From: Gemmatimonadales bacterium
Lineage (GTDB): Bacteria; Gemmatimonadota; Gemmatimonadetes; Gemmatimonadales; GWC2-71-9
Assembly: GCA_041577295.1 (NCBI GenBank)
Contig: JBFGJG010000011.1
Span: forward strand, 1-64,000
Reading direction: 5' to 3'
Length of the DNA stretch: 64,000 nt
Shown: piece by piece, positions 27,313-38,079 of the stretch
How the letters are laid out: each line of letters starts with the position of its first letter
How positions within the stretch are numbered: the first letter of the stretch is position 1
Position numbers and translations under genes: made by a program
The notes under the pieces: model-generated
What the model was told of the DNA's origin: nothing
The model's database searches: none
Seen by the model: the letters and a program-made list of their open reading frames with translations, nothing else

Positions 27313-28257
27313 TCAGTGGCCCGACAGTCTAGAGTTGGTCCTTGCCGCTGAACGCAATCGGACGCGCGACATCCACACTTCGCGCAGCGGCCGATCACGC
27401 AACGTGAGCGCTAGGCCCACCAAGATGGCGGCCCCTCCACTCGCCGTTCGCCACGTGAGTGACTCGTCGAGCACGATCATTCCGAGGACGACCGCAACGA
27501 GCGGCGTCACTAGCGTAATCAACATGGTCTTGGTCACGTCCATGTGTCGGATGAGCCAGTACAGCAACACGAAGGCCAGAGCAGAGCCGAAGATGGCCAG
27601 ATACAGCAAGGACGCGATCGCTAGCGGAGTCCAGGAGTGGGCAAGGAGGTTCCCTTCGGTGCCCACACCCACCACGATGAGCGGAATGCTCCCGGCGATC
27701 ATCTGTACGAGGGTGAGCACTGCGGGGTCGAGCCGGTGGGCGCGCAGTTTGATCAGCACGTCCGCGTACGCGGACGTTAACGCGGCGACGACCACAGCCG
27801 CAGCACCCCACAGGGCGAGCGGCCCGGCCGCCCGCAGCTCATGCGAGAATACCAGTCCAACCCCCGCGATTCCCAGCACAACCCCGCCCACCTTGCGAGC
27901 CGTCATCCGTTCCGCCGGCAGGACGACGTGAGCGATCAACAGGCCAAACAGCGGAAACGTGGCGAAGAGCAGCGCTGCCAGCCCCGACGAGATGTACTGT
28001 CCTCCCCAGAACACCAGTCCATAGGTGAGGGAGAAGGTCATCAAGCCGGTGACCATCATGAACGTCCAGTCCCCCATCGCCCGTGGCCAGAGAGACCGGC
28101 GGGCAAGAGTGTAGGCCGCGAGTGGGACGACCGCGATCGCGAAGCGAATACCGGCGAATGTGAATGGTGGTAAATGGGAAAGCCCCATCTTGATGAAAAG
28201 CCACGTCGAACCCCAGATGGTGGCCAGGAGGAACCAAACGAGGGCAGCTCCGCGCAC
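27313..28257 (-). CDS. EamA/DMT family transporter
   Basis: IWGSTWLFIK, PPFTFAGIRF, YLAIFGSALAF. Confidence 0.9.
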   Translation of the reverse strand: MRGAALVWFLLATIWGSTWLFIKMGLSHLPPFTFAGIRFAIAVVPLAAYTLARRSLWPRAMGDWTFMMVTGLMTFSLTYGLVFWGGQYISSGLAALLFATFPLFGLLIAHVVLPAERMTARKVGGVVLGIAGVGLVFSHELRAAGPLALWGAAAVVVAALTSAYADVLIKLRAHRLDPAVLTLVQMIAGSIPLIVVGVGTEGNLLAHSWTPLAIASLLYLAIFGSALAFVLLYWLIRHMDVTKTMLITLVTPLVAVVLGMIVLDESLTWRTASGGAAILVGLALTLRDRPLREVWMSRVRLRSAARTNSRLSGH

Positions 28258-28405
28258 GCGAGAATTGTAAGTGGTAGGGTGGCAATGGGATAAGGGGACA
28301 CAAACGCAGCAGAGCGGGGTACCTCACAGAGGAGCCGCACCGGCATAACTCATGCTCACCGTATGATGGGCACACGGACGAGCGGCACACTGCGGGAAAG
28401 GTTCC

Positions 28406-28448
28406 CGTAACGCCGCCTATTGCATAGCGTTACGACCGGAAGTAGTAT
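28406..28448 (+). promoter_or_regulatory. sigma70-type promoter with overlapping inverted-repeat operator upstream of the HNH gene
   Basis: TTGCAT(28420)-N17-TAGTAT(28443); CGTAACGC-N13-GCGTTACG straddles the -35 box. Confidence 0.55.
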
Positions 28449-28520
28449 TAGGCCTCGGTCGCGCCGCCGCCCTTCTGGACCGAGCGGGGCGCGATTTCTG
28501 TGGTTACCGGAGGGGCTTTT

Positions 28521-29072
28521 GTGCGCTGCTTGACCCTCAACGCCTCATTCGAGCCTCTGACACTCGTCCCCGTTCGGCGGGCGCTCCGTCTGGTGATTGA
28601 CGGCAAGGCGGAGATCGTCGAGACGGACGGTAAGCGAGTCGTGCGCAGTGAGTCGTTAGCGGTCCCCCGCCCGCTGGTCATCCGGTTGGTCAAGTTCGTG
28701 CACGTGCCACGCAAGTTCCGCCGCCAAGTCACCAACATCTTCCTGTTCGCCAGGGACGCGTACAAGTGTCAATTCTGCGGCCGCACCGAGCCGCAGCTTC
28801 GGTTCCGCGAGTGTCTCACGCGTGACCATCTCGTTCCACTTTCGCGTGGTGGGACCAACAACTGGACCAACGTGGTGACCGCCTGCTCGACCTGCAACAC
28901 GCGCAAGGGCAATCGGCTGCCGGAGGAGTGCGGCATGCACCTGCTGGTCACGCCCATGGAGCCGCACTTCGTGTCATTGACGTGGGCCGTGCGCAAGCTC
29001 ACGCCCATCCAGGCGAAGTACATCCGGATGTTCTACGGAGAAGATACGCTACAGCAGCTTTCGAGGTTGTAG
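28521..29072 (+). CDS. HNH endonuclease (McrA-like, LNASxEPL family)
   Basis: LNASFEPL, RDAYKCQFCG, TRDHLVPLSRGG, NVVTACSTCNTRKGN. Confidence 0.9.
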   Translation: MRCLTLNASFEPLTLVPVRRALRLVIDGKAEIVETDGKRVVRSESLAVPRPLVIRLVKFVHVPRKFRRQVTNIFLFARDAYKCQFCGRTEPQLRFRECLTRDHLVPLSRGGTNNWTNVVTACSTCNTRKGNRLPEECGMHLLVTPMEPHFVSLTWAVRKLTPIQAKYIRMFYGEDTLQQLSRL

Positions 29073-29085
29073 AGGCTGCTCCGGC

Positions 29086-30531
29086 CTACAAATCGTCGGT
29101 TTCTTCCAAGTCGTCAGCCAGCTCGACCCGTCCAGGCGCGGGCAACGGGTCACTCATCTGTACGATCCACCCAGCCGGCCAGAGCGTCCGCCGCTCCGCG
29201 ACCAAGTTGACACTCGGGTCAATCAGGGATCGTTGCTCCCGTCCGTTCAGCGAGGTTTCGACCCGCGCGCGGACTTCGAGGTGATCGAACCCTTTGCGTT
29301 CGAGCTCCCGCGCGATAGCGTGGCCAAACTGGAGGATCATGTCGGGGCGGCCCGCCATCTTCCCCGCCTGCCACGAGGTGAGGTAGTCACGTGGGTCGAC
29401 GATCCAGGTGACACCGATGTTCGCGTCACGAACCTCGAAGAGTGCCCGTGACCGCTTGTCCCGAAGCTTCATGTGCCACGAGAAGCGGTGCCCCTCCTCC
29501 GTCCAACTCACGTTGCCCGGGTAGAGGTGGTGACGCAGCGGCAGCAGGAGTTGAACCCCGACGTACGTGCCGACAAGGGCGAGCGTGATCCTTTCCCGAC
29601 GGCGCGCCGTGGGCTCGCGAGCAACGGCTCGGACGGCCTCGACTGAGTCGCCGGACGGCATGCCGAGCTTGCCGAGCAACCGCCGCGGCCAATCGGGATC
29701 GAAGAAGAGAGCCGTTGCGGCGATTCCTAGCCAAGGGAAGATGCCGATGTTGAAGATCACTGCGTTCGTCAGATGGAAAGCGACAGCCAGGGCGAAGGCC
29801 AGGACGCGTGTGCGGCGCCACAGTAACATCGGTACGACCAAGAGATCGAACAGCAGACCGCCGTACGTGAAGATGTACACTACCCACTCTTGTGTGAGGA
29901 GCGGTCCGATCACCGCGTAATCTGCCCGCCGAGCGAGCCACATACGTATGGGCTCGCCCTGGAGCCAATCGCTGTTCAGCTTCGCCAACCCACCGTAGAA
30001 GTAGACGATCCCGATTTGCATGCGCAGCAACCACAGGGTCCACGCGGGGCATGTCGCCGAACGTATGGCGGGCCGACGTCGGGCATCGAGCGAGAACGCG
30101 CGGTTCGCGGGCAGGAAGATCATCAGAAAGCTGAGGAGTGAGACCAGATAGAAGTGATTCAGGTAGCGGGCTTGCTCGAGGAGAAACGTGTACGTAAAGC
30201 CGAGGAAGAACAGCGTGGCAGCGGCGCGATACCACAATCCTGCTGTGAGGCATACGGCGAGCACGCCGAGTGCGACGAAATGGATGTACATCCCGGGTCC
30301 CGGCCACGGGCGTACCCATTCGAAGCCGAAGTAGGTGAAGTGGAATGTCGGTTCGATCCAGTACTCACGGATCCAACCGTGGGCGAAGTAGCGGTACACC
30401 TCCCAGATCATCAAAACGCCAAAAGCGACTCGGAAGTACACGAGCCACGCGATGTCCACGCTGCGGAAGAGGGGGTGGGTGCTCGCGGCAGCGCTAGCGG
30501 TGGTGGAAGAGGTCAACTGGCCCGTGCTCAA
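29086..30531 (-). CDS. HTTM-domain / vitamin K-dependent gamma-carboxylase-like membrane protein (start approximate)
   Basis: FRVAFG, FHFTYFGFEWV, YLNHFYL, YFYGGLAKLNSDWL, FNIGIFPW, WTEEGHRFSWHMKL, SLNGR. Confidence 0.85.
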   Translation of the reverse strand: MSTGQLTSSTTASAAASTHPLFRSVDIAWLVYFRVAFGVLMIWEVYRYFAHGWIREYWIEPTFHFTYFGFEWVRPWPGPGMYIHFVALGVLAVCLTAGLWYRAAATLFFLGFTYTFLLEQARYLNHFYLVSLLSFLMIFLPANRAFSLDARRRPAIRSATCPAWTLWLLRMQIGIVYFYGGLAKLNSDWLQGEPIRMWLARRADYAVIGPLLTQEWVVYIFTYGGLLFDLLVVPMLLWRRTRVLAFALAVAFHLTNAVIFNIGIFPWLGIAATALFFDPDWPRRLLGKLGMPSGDSVEAVRAVAREPTARRRERITLALVGTYVGVQLLLPLRHHLYPGNVSWTEEGHRFSWHMKLRDKRSRALFEVRDANIGVTWIVDPRDYLTSWQAGKMAGRPDMILQFGHAIARELERKGFDHLEVRARVETSLNGREQRSLIDPSVNLVAERRTLWPAGWIVQMSDPLPAPGRVELADDLEETDDL

Positions 30532-30750
30532 ATGCGGGCGTTCCTGTCCAGACGGTGATCGCCTATGATATGCTCGGGCGTGTGTTCCGCCGAGGTCAAC
30601 TGTCACAGTTGGGGCGCCATCTCTCCTGGAAGACGCCCGCTCCGTGGGCGAGCCAGTTGAGCCTGCCCTCTTCGAACCCTCTCGGCGGCTTGAGTGACGC
30701 GCTTGTAACGTATTATCTTCACCAGTTCTGGCACGCCAAGGAGCTGTTGT

Positions 30751-32319
30751 TTGGGGACGTACAACCTGGCGACGTCGTTCGCTGAGCGAGTACGCGGAGA
30801 TCCGGCACGCGAGTGTCTCGTCGCTGGACCGCAGCGTCTGACCTACGGCGACGTCGATGCCCAGGCCGGCGCCCTCGCCGCGGCCCTGCGGCAGCTCGGG
30901 GTCGAGGCCGGTGACCGGATTGCGGTCGACGCCCCAAACTGCCCCGAGTGGGTTATCTGCCTGCTCGCTGCCGCCCGCCTCGGAGCGATCGTTGTTCCTC
31001 TCAATCCTGCGTTGGGATACCACGAGCTCAAGTACCAACTCCGGCACGCTGAGGCCGGTGTGGCCTTTGCCGCCACCGCCGGCGAATCGGACCACCTGGA
31101 GTTGTTCGACGAACTCTTGGGGGAGCTTCCGGATCTGCGGCAACTCGTCACGATTGGCGACGAGGATGCGTGGCACGCCGATCAAGTGGAGGGGTTTAGC
31201 GAGCTGCTGAGCCGCGGCAAACGGGAGTCGCAACGCGGAGCGATGCGTGACGCGGCGGACGCACCCTTGGCCATCATCTACACTTCGGGAACGATGGGAA
31301 AGCCAAAGGGGGTGATGCTCACCCACGAGAACCTCATTTTCACCGCGGTGGAAACGGCGAAGGCGCTCGAGCAGGGTCAGGAGGATCGGGTGCTAGCGGC
31401 GCCACCGTTTTTCACGGTGTTTGGCGTTCACGTGGTGGTCACGACCCTCGTAACGGGTGGCACATTGGTGCTGCAATCGGCCTTCGATCCACGAGGCGCC
31501 CTCGACGTCATCGAGGCTGAACGCATCACAGTGTGTCATGGCGTGCCAACGATGTTCCAGCTCCTGATGCGCGACAAGACCTTTGGGAGCAGGAAGCTGT
31601 CCACTGTTCGTACTGGTATCGTGGCCGGAAGCCCGGTTTCCGAGAGCCTGGTCCAGCGTATTCGGCAGTGGAACGACGTGCAGATCGCGTACGGGTTAAC
31701 GGAAACCGGCCCGACCATCACCATTACGCGCTTCGACGATGCCGCGGAGGTCCGCGCCCGGTCGGTGGGTCGACCGATCACGGGCGTGGAGGTGCGCGTC
31801 GCCGATCTCAAGACCCGGGCGCTTCACGGGCCCGAGGCGGTGGGGGAGTTGGCGGTGAAGGGGCGCAACGTGATGGCCGGGTACTATCGGATGCCGTCGG
31901 AGACCAAGCGATCGTTCACCGACGACGGATTCTTTCTCACCGGTGACCTCGCGATCCTCGATGAGGAGGGGTTTGTCACGATCGTGGGGCGGTGCAAGGA
32001 GATGATCATTCGGGGCGGCCACAACGTCTTTCCGCGGGAGCTCGAAGACGTGCTGCGAACGCACCCCGCCGTGGAGGATGCATGTGTGGTGGGAGTTCCC
32101 AACGAGATTCTGGGCGAACTGATTTGCGCCTGCATCCTCCCCATCGAGGGCGCGATCGTCACGGGCGATGAGTTGAAAGAGTACTGTCGAGACCACATGG
32201 CTGACTACAGAGTCCCAGACTTGGTCCGCTTCTTCGACACCTTTCCGATGACCGGGAGCGGGAAGGTGAAGCGACGGGAGCTGGCGCAGGTGGTGGGACT
32301 GGAATTGAGTGCGACGTGA
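30751..32319 (+). CDS. Acyl-CoA synthetase / class I adenylate-forming enzyme
   Basis: [42 protein letters not shown]. Confidence 0.92.
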   Translation: MGTYNLATSFAERVRGDPARECLVAGPQRLTYGDVDAQAGALAAALRQLGVEAGDRIAVDAPNCPEWVICLLAAARLGAIVVPLNPALGYHELKYQLRHAEAGVAFAATAGESDHLELFDELLGELPDLRQLVTIGDEDAWHADQVEGFSELLSRGKRESQRGAMRDAADAPLAIIYTSGTMGKPKGVMLTHENLIFTAVETAKALEQGQEDRVLAAPPFFTVFGVHVVVTTLVTGGTLVLQSAFDPRGALDVIEAERITVCHGVPTMFQLLMRDKTFGSRKLSTVRTGIVAGSPVSESLVQRIRQWNDVQIAYGLTETGPTITITRFDDAAEVRARSVGRPITGVEVRVADLKTRALHGPEAVGELAVKGRNVMAGYYRMPSETKRSFTDDGFFLTGDLAILDEEGFVTIVGRCKEMIIRGGHNVFPRELEDVLRTHPAVEDACVVGVPNEILGELICACILPIEGAIVTGDELKEYCRDHMADYRVPDLVRFFDTFPMTGSGKVKRRELAQVVGLELSAT

Positions 32320-34172
32320 AAGAAGTGACCTTGGGACGGCCGCAACATGCGGCCTATCCGGAACAACCGGTGCGCGCGCCGAACGCAGCGCTGCTCATCG
32401 ATTTCGACAACGTGACCATGGGGATCCGGTCGGACCTCCAAAACCAGCTGAAGCGGTTGCTCAGCTCTCACATCTTCAAGGGAAAAGTCTCTGTTCAGCG
32501 GGCCTATGCGGACTGGCGTCGCTACCCGCAGTACATCGTCCCCCTGTCTGAGGCGTCGATCGATCTGATCTTTGCGCCGGCGTTTGGCTCAAACAAGAAA
32601 AACGCCACCGATATCCGGCTCGCGATCGATGCGCTGGAGCTCGTGTTCACCCGGCCAGAAATCGGAACCTTCATTTTGTTGTCCGGAGACTCGGATTTCT
32701 CGAGCCTGGTACTCAAGCTCAAGGAGTACGCCAAGTACGTCATCGGCGTTGGCATTCGGGAATCCTCGAGCGATCTCCTCATCCAGAATTGCGACGAGTA
32801 TTACAGCTACAACGAGCTCACCGGCCTGACCAAAGAAGGTGAAATCGAGGTGGCGCGGCGCGATCCCTGGGAGCTCGTGGTGGAAGCAGTAGTCAAGATG
32901 ACGCAGGACGACGATGTCATGCGATCGGACCGGCTGAAGCAGGTGATGCAGGGAATCGATCCCAACTTCGACGAGAAAGAGGCGGGGTTCAATCGGTTCA
33001 GCAAGTTCGTACAGGAGTGCGGTCGTAGGCGACTCCTCACGCTCGAGAAGCTCGACAATGGGCAGTACGCAATTGGCGTCGGTTCGGACGCGAACGTGCC
33101 CCCCGGAGAAGTGGCCGTCGCGGGCAAGAAGCAGGTCGAGCAACCGGCGGCCCCGGGCCCCGCCCGTGGAAGCCGGCGGCGCACCGAGCGTCGCGGTGCC
33201 AAACGCGAAGAGCCGCTAGCTCTTGCTGAGGCGTTCGAGCTCCTCAAGCAATCCCTGTGGATCTTGAACGCGGTGGGAAGCGAAGCGGCGGAGTCTCAGG
33301 ACGTCCGACGGCAGATGGTCGAGCTCTTCGGCGACGACGGTGACCCTATCTTCGAGAAGTTTCGCTTCAAGCGGTTTCTGCGACAGGCGCACGATGCCGA
33401 TCTCATCGAGCTCATCAAGAGCGATAACGATCGATACCTGTTGAAGCTGAACCCAGCAGCGGCCGAGGCGGATATCGAGGTGCAAGAGGAGACGGACAAG
33501 CAACCGCCCGTTCCCGCGGAAGAGGAAACCGAAGCGAGCCCCGAGACCCCGAAGCGGCGGCGCCGTACGCGAACCCCGAGCCGTAAACCCGGGCGGGGAG
33601 AGTCGCGGGCCAAGACCGACCGCGGCGCGGCGCCGGAGAAATCTGAGGAGGAGGCGCACGAGGCGTCGGCCGCGTCCACGCCGGCAGCGAAAACGCCGCC
33701 CCGCACGTCAGAAGCAAAGACGCAGGAGCAGTCGTCCCAGACCTTACGCAATCCCCGGTACCGTCGCGGCTCGCGGGGTCCGCGCGAGACACCATCTGAG
33801 CCGGCCGCCAGTCAGGAGAATGTGGAGTCAAAAGCACCCGAGGCGTCAGCTTCGCGCTCTGCCAGCGGGGCCCGGGGCCTCGGTCCCCGGTCGGGAAGCC
33901 GTCGGCGAGCGCCAGAGCCCAAACGGACGGACACAGACTCCCAACGACCGGGTGACGAGAGGGCGACGGCTCGGGAGGCCGATGCGTCAACTCACGAGGC
34001 GGTGCAACAAGCCGCGGCCCCGCCGTCGTCTCCTGCACCTGAGGGAGCGGTCGACCGCCCGGTTTCGCCGCCGGCGCCCAAGGATGTCGATGACGACGGA
34101 TTACTTCGCCGAATGACAGCAGCCTTACACCGTATGGTAGGGGGACCGCCCACCAAGCCCGACGATTCGTGA
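32316..34172 (+). CDS. NYN-domain protein with LOTUS/OST-HTH domain(s) and long disordered C-terminus
   Basis: [49 protein letters not shown] (OST-HTH-like); low-complexity tail. Confidence 0.85.
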   Translation: MKEVTLGRPQHAAYPEQPVRAPNAALLIDFDNVTMGIRSDLQNQLKRLLSSHIFKGKVSVQRAYADWRRYPQYIVPLSEASIDLIFAPAFGSNKKNATDIRLAIDALELVFTRPEIGTFILLSGDSDFSSLVLKLKEYAKYVIGVGIRESSSDLLIQNCDEYYSYNELTGLTKEGEIEVARRDPWELVVEAVVKMTQDDDVMRSDRLKQVMQGIDPNFDEKEAGFNRFSKFVQECGRRRLLTLEKLDNGQYAIGVGSDANVPPGEVAVAGKKQVEQPAAPGPARGSRRRTERRGAKREEPLALAEAFELLKQSLWILNAVGSEAAESQDVRRQMVELFGDDGDPIFEKFRFKRFLRQAHDADLIELIKSDNDRYLLKLNPAAAEADIEVQEETDKQPPVPAEEETEASPETPKRRRRTRTPSRKPGRGESRAKTDRGAAPEKSEEEAHEASAASTPAAKTPPRTSEAKTQEQSSQTLRNPRYRRGSRGPRETPSEPAASQENVESKAPEASASRSASGARGLGPRSGSRRRAPEPKRTDTDSQRPGDERATAREADASTHEAVQQAAAPPSSPAPEGAVDRPVSPPAPKDVDDDGLLRRMTAALHRMVGGPPTKPDDS

Positions 34173-34780
34173 TTTCGGTGACCAGGAAACGTCGCCGTCC
34201 GCTCCCGCGGCGGTTTTATGCGCGCGACACCGTGAGGGTCGCGCGCGACTTATTGGGCTGTGTTCTGGAGACCCGGATCGATGGGGTCCGAACGTCGGGC
34301 CGTATCGTGGAGGTTGAGGCATACGTCGGTCCGAATGACCCGGCGGCGCATGGCTTCGGAAACCGGCGCACCCGGCGGAACGAAGACCTGTTCGGCCCGC
34401 CGGGCGTATCGTATGTGTATTTCATTTACGGCGTCCACTGGTGCTTCAATGCGGTGACCGTGCGCGAGGGATTCCCGGCCGCGGTGCTCGTCCGCGCGCT
34501 GGAGCCCCTCGCCGGCATGGATGCGATGTCCTCGCGGCGCGGGACCGACGATCCACGCAAGCTGTGTGCTGGACCCGGCCGTCTGTGTCAGGCGCTTGGC
34601 ATCGACGGGCGCCACAGCGGGCAACGCCTCGGCTCGGGACCGGTGCGCATTCTCTCGGGCGGGAACGCGCGCCGGGTGCGGATAGCCCGCACGCCGCGGA
34701 TCGGGATATCGAAGGCGGCCGACTGGCCACTCAGATTCTATGACGCGGAATCTCCGTGGCCGTCTCGCCGGGGCGGCTGA
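34169..34780 (+). CDS. DNA-3-methyladenine glycosylase (MPG/AAG family)
   Basis: VARDLLG, GRIVEVEAY, YVYFIYGVHWCFN, AVLVRALEP, GPGRLCQALGI, RIGIS. Confidence 0.94.
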   Translation: MISVTRKRRRPLPRRFYARDTVRVARDLLGCVLETRIDGVRTSGRIVEVEAYVGPNDPAAHGFGNRRTRRNEDLFGPPGVSYVYFIYGVHWCFNAVTVREGFPAAVLVRALEPLAGMDAMSSRRGTDDPRKLCAGPGRLCQALGIDGRHSGQRLGSGPVRILSGGNARRVRIARTPRIGISKAADWPLRFYDAESPWPSRRGG

Positions 34781-34812
34781 TCGCTCGACCTACGAAAAGC
34801 ACAGGTGAAATC

Positions 34813-34839
34813 AAAGGGGGCCCGGTCGCCCGGGCCCCC
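34813..34839. terminator. Hairpin/terminator between convergent genes
   Basis: GGGGGCCCGG-tcgc-CCGGGCCCCC, with a short U-run on the minus strand. Confidence 0.7.
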
Positions 34840-34866
34840 GCTGTCTTCCGTACCGTCCTCTCGACG

Positions 34867-35529
34867 CTAGCGCTTGCGCGTTCCCACTTCCTGCGATGCG
34901 CCGGTCAGCGAGAACCGAAGCCCGCCGGTGATGGCGTGTTGATCACTCGTGATCAGGAATGAGTCCGACCCCGGCATGAACTGGTAGTTTCCAAAGATCG
35001 CCCATCGACCGATGCTCCACTGCGCACCACCACTCACAATGGCGAAGGCCTTGGTATCGAACTCTGCGATGGCGCGAAGTGCGTTTTCCAGCTCCAGTAC
35101 GGTCTGGGCGTCGATTGGTTGCGCATCGCTGATCTTGTGGATCGCTAACCCGCCTCCCAACAGTAGCTGGAACTGGCCCTGCATTGGGAGCGCGTACAAG
35201 CTCGCCTGAAGCCGTTGCGCGTTGTCGAACTGAACGACGTTGAACCCCTGGGGACTGGCGCTATTGAGTACGGCGGAGCTCGTTCCGTCGGCGAAGATGA
35301 TCTGATCGAATCCCAAGTGAAGGCCAACGAAATCGCGGGTGATGAGCCAGTGTCCACCGAACTCGAATGCCCCCTCCCAGTCCTGCGTTGGGGTCTGGAA
35401 GAAGAACAAGCCGGTCTGGCCACCCCAGATCCACCGATTTCTCCACGCATCGTCCTGCGCCGCCGCTGGGGAAGCGAACATGGCGAGCGTAGCGAGGACC
35501 AGCAGGGCTCCGGACAGTTTCCGCATCAC
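34867..35529 (-). CDS. Exported protein, probable small outer-membrane beta-barrel
   Basis: Signal peptide ending ASPAAA|Q; alternating aromatic/Gly strands (FEFGGHW, GGAQWSIG, ITGGLRF). Confidence 0.65.
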   Translation of the reverse strand: MMRKLSGALLVLATLAMFASPAAAQDDAWRNRWIWGGQTGLFFFQTPTQDWEGAFEFGGHWLITRDFVGLHLGFDQIIFADGTSSAVLNSASPQGFNVVQFDNAQRLQASLYALPMQGQFQLLLGGGLAIHKISDAQPIDAQTVLELENALRAIAEFDTKAFAIVSGGAQWSIGRWAIFGNYQFMPGSDSFLITSDQHAITGGLRFSLTGASQEVGTRKR

Positions 35530-35831
35530 GACCTCCGTTTGAATCGCAACCCGCCCCCCGCGGCGGACCCGCGTGGCTCATGAGGGCGAAACAGCGCCCC
35601 AAAATAGTGTCTGACCCGCAAAAATGCGAGCCCCGAGAGGGTCGTTCTGTGGTGTCTATCACATTGCTAGCTGAAGGGTTAAGGCCCGAAGGGGCGAAAG
35701 TACTTGAGGTCAGGTGTAGCGTCAGGGCGACGGCGTTGTCCCCCAGCGCATGGCTGCCCGGGCCTGGTTCTGCCCGCCTTGTACGGGGCCCACGCCTTTC
35801 GCTTCCGTATGCACAGTAGATAAAGGATTAC

Positions 35832-37031
35832 TCAGACGAGGCCGAGTCGTTTCCCCACCTTTTGAAAGGCGGCGATGGCCCGGTCGAGGTCCTCTCGCGT
35901 GTGGGCCGCCGAGATTTGGCAGCGGACCCGGGCCGTGCCCTTGGGCACCACGGGATAGCCAAACCCCGTAACGAAGAACCCCTCCTCCAGCAGCATGTTG
36001 CTCATCTGGATGGCTTTGGCCGTTTCGCCGAGGATGACGGGGATGATTGGGGTGTCTCCCTCTAGAGGCTGAAACCCAGTTGCGCGAAGTCGCTCGCGAA
36101 AGTACGTGGCGTGGTCGTGCAGGGTCGCGACCCGCTCCGGGTGCGCGCGCAGGAAGCGAACGGCCGCGAGTGCGCTCGCTGCCACTGTGCAGGGGAGGGC
36201 ATTGGAGAACAGCTGGGGTCGTGACCGCTGGGTGAGGTAGTCGCAGAGCGCGGCGGACGACGCGGTGAAGCCTCCGGCTGCCCCTCCGAGGGCCTTCCCA
36301 AGTGTTGACGTGATGATGTCCACCTCGCCAACGACGTCGTAGTGCTCGGCGGTTCCGCGTCCCGTTGTTCCCAATACCCCCGTAGCATGTGAATCATCGA
36401 CGGCGACGATGGCGTCGTATCTTCGGGCGAGCTCGAGGATATCCGGAAGCCTCGCGATGTCGCCCTCCATTGAAAAAACACCGTCGGTAAAGATCATTCG
36501 ACTCCGAGCACCGTGTGCCGCTTTCAGTTTCTCCTCCAGATCCGCCATGTCAGAGTGCTTGTAGATTGCGGATTGGCACTTTCCAATCGATTTGGCGAGC
36601 CGAATCGCGTCGATGATGGATGCGTGATTGAGTTCATCGGAGATGACGATATCGTCCGGCCCCATCAGCGTCGGGATCAACCCCTCGTTGGCGTTCCAGC
36701 ACGAGACGTAGCTCAGCGATGCTTCGGTGCCAACGAATTTGGCGAGGTCCTGTTCCAGCTCGCGGTGGATCGTGAAGGTTCCACAGATGAAGCGCACGCT
36801 CGCCGTTCCCGCCCCGTATTTGTCGAGGGCCTCTTTGCCAGCGGCGACGATCTCTGGAATATTGGAGAGTCCGACGTAGTTATTGCTCGACAGCACCACG
36901 ATCTCGCCGCGCCCCTCCATCTGCACGTGTGCGTCCTGCGGCGAATCGATGTAGTTCAACGTTTTGTAGACGCCCTCACGCTTGAACTGGTCGAGTTCCT
37001 TCCGCAGTCGTTGTTCGGTGGCCTGGTGCAT
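35832..37031 (-). CDS. kbl: Glycine C-acetyltransferase (2-amino-3-ketobutyrate CoA ligase)
   Basis: SSNNYVGL, SVRFICGT, DELNHASIID, FSMEGD, STLGKALGGA, QRSRPQLFSN; adjacent to tdh. Confidence 0.95.
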   Translation of the reverse strand: MHQATEQRLRKELDQFKREGVYKTLNYIDSPQDAHVQMEGRGEIVVLSSNNYVGLSNIPEIVAAGKEALDKYGAGTASVRFICGTFTIHRELEQDLAKFVGTEASLSYVSCWNANEGLIPTLMGPDDIVISDELNHASIIDAIRLAKSIGKCQSAIYKHSDMADLEEKLKAAHGARSRMIFTDGVFSMEGDIARLPDILELARRYDAIVAVDDSHATGVLGTTGRGTAEHYDVVGEVDIITSTLGKALGGAAGGFTASSAALCDYLTQRSRPQLFSNALPCTVAASALAAVRFLRAHPERVATLHDHATYFRERLRATGFQPLEGDTPIIPVILGETAKAIQMSNMLLEEGFFVTGFGYPVVPKGTARVRCQISAAHTREDLDRAIAAFQKVGKRLGLV

Positions 37032-38071
37032 CACGTGCTCCCAATTGCGAGAATGACTTTGCCGGCCGCGCCGGAGCGGATGGCGCTGAGTGCCTGATCG
37101 ATCTCCTCCAAGGGGAATTCGTGTGTGATCACGGGTGTGGGGTCCAGAAGACCCGTTGAGAGGAAGCGTCGCATCTGATGCCAGGTCTCGAACATGCGAC
37201 GTCCGATGACGCCGTAGATGGTGAGACCCTTGAAGATCACGTCCTCGGTCAGGTGCACCGGCACGGCTTCCTCGGGGAGGCCAAGGAGGTTGACACGACC
37301 GCCCAAGCGTGCCGCTCGGAATGCTTGACGGACCGCGTTTGGGTGGCCGGACATCTCGCAGACGAGGTCAACTCCTTCACCGTTCGTCTCCTCACGTACG
37401 CGGGCCACGACGTCGTCGCGTTTGGGGTCGAGCAGCACTTGCGCGCCCATGCGCTGTGCGAGCGTCAAACGGTTCTCGTTTGGGTCGGACGCCAAGACTT
37501 TGGCGGCACCAGCGGCGCGGGCGATCCCGACGGCAAAACAGCCGATGGGGCCACACCCCAACACGAGAACCGTGCTCCCGGGCAGCTCGCTGGCCGACAG
37601 CACGGTGTGAAAGGCATTCCCGAGCGGATCCATAATGGCCCCAACCGTCGTCGCAATGCCGTCGAGCGGCATGACGTTGATGGCGGGCATGGCCACATAT
37701 TCCGCGAACGCTCCATCGCGATCCACACCGATGATCTGCGTGTTTTGGCAGATATGTGCATTACCGGTGCGGCACTGGCGGCAGTGACCACACACGATAT
37801 GCCCCTCCGCGGTCACGTGCTGACCCACCGTCAGCGCGTCTCCCACGTCCTCTCCAACCTGGACGATCTCACCGGCAAACTCATGACCCACGACGAGCGG
37901 CGGCCGGATGCGACCCTGCGCCCATTCATTCCAATCGGCGATGTGGAGGTCGGTCCCGCACACGCCCGCGTGGTGGACCCGGATCACCACATCGAGAGGA
38001 CCGCACCGCGGGTCCGGAGACTGGGATACGGTGAGACCGGGCTCGGATTTGAGTTTTGCGATTGCGCGCAT
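37031..38071 (-). CDS. tdh: L-threonine 3-dehydrogenase
   Basis: VCGTDLHI, GHEFAG, EGHIVCGHCRQC, GVDRDGAFAEY, GCGPIG, EMSGHP; paired with kbl. Confidence 0.95.
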   Translation of the reverse strand: MRAIAKLKSEPGLTVSQSPDPRCGPLDVVIRVHHAGVCGTDLHIADWNEWAQGRIRPPLVVGHEFAGEIVQVGEDVGDALTVGQHVTAEGHIVCGHCRQCRTGNAHICQNTQIIGVDRDGAFAEYVAMPAINVMPLDGIATTVGAIMDPLGNAFHTVLSASELPGSTVLVLGCGPIGCFAVGIARAAGAAKVLASDPNENRLTLAQRMGAQVLLDPKRDDVVARVREETNGEGVDLVCEMSGHPNAVRQAFRAARLGGRVNLLGLPEEAVPVHLTEDVIFKGLTIYGVIGRRMFETWHQMRRFLSTGLLDPTPVITHEFPLEEIDQALSAIRSGAAGKVILAIGST

Positions 38072-38079
38072 GAAATCCG

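Noticed and set aside
30729..30745. TGGCACG upstream of the acyl-CoA synthetase as a sigma54 promoter
   Set aside because: The -12 position reads AG rather than GC at the required spacing; the segment is better explained as the SD region.
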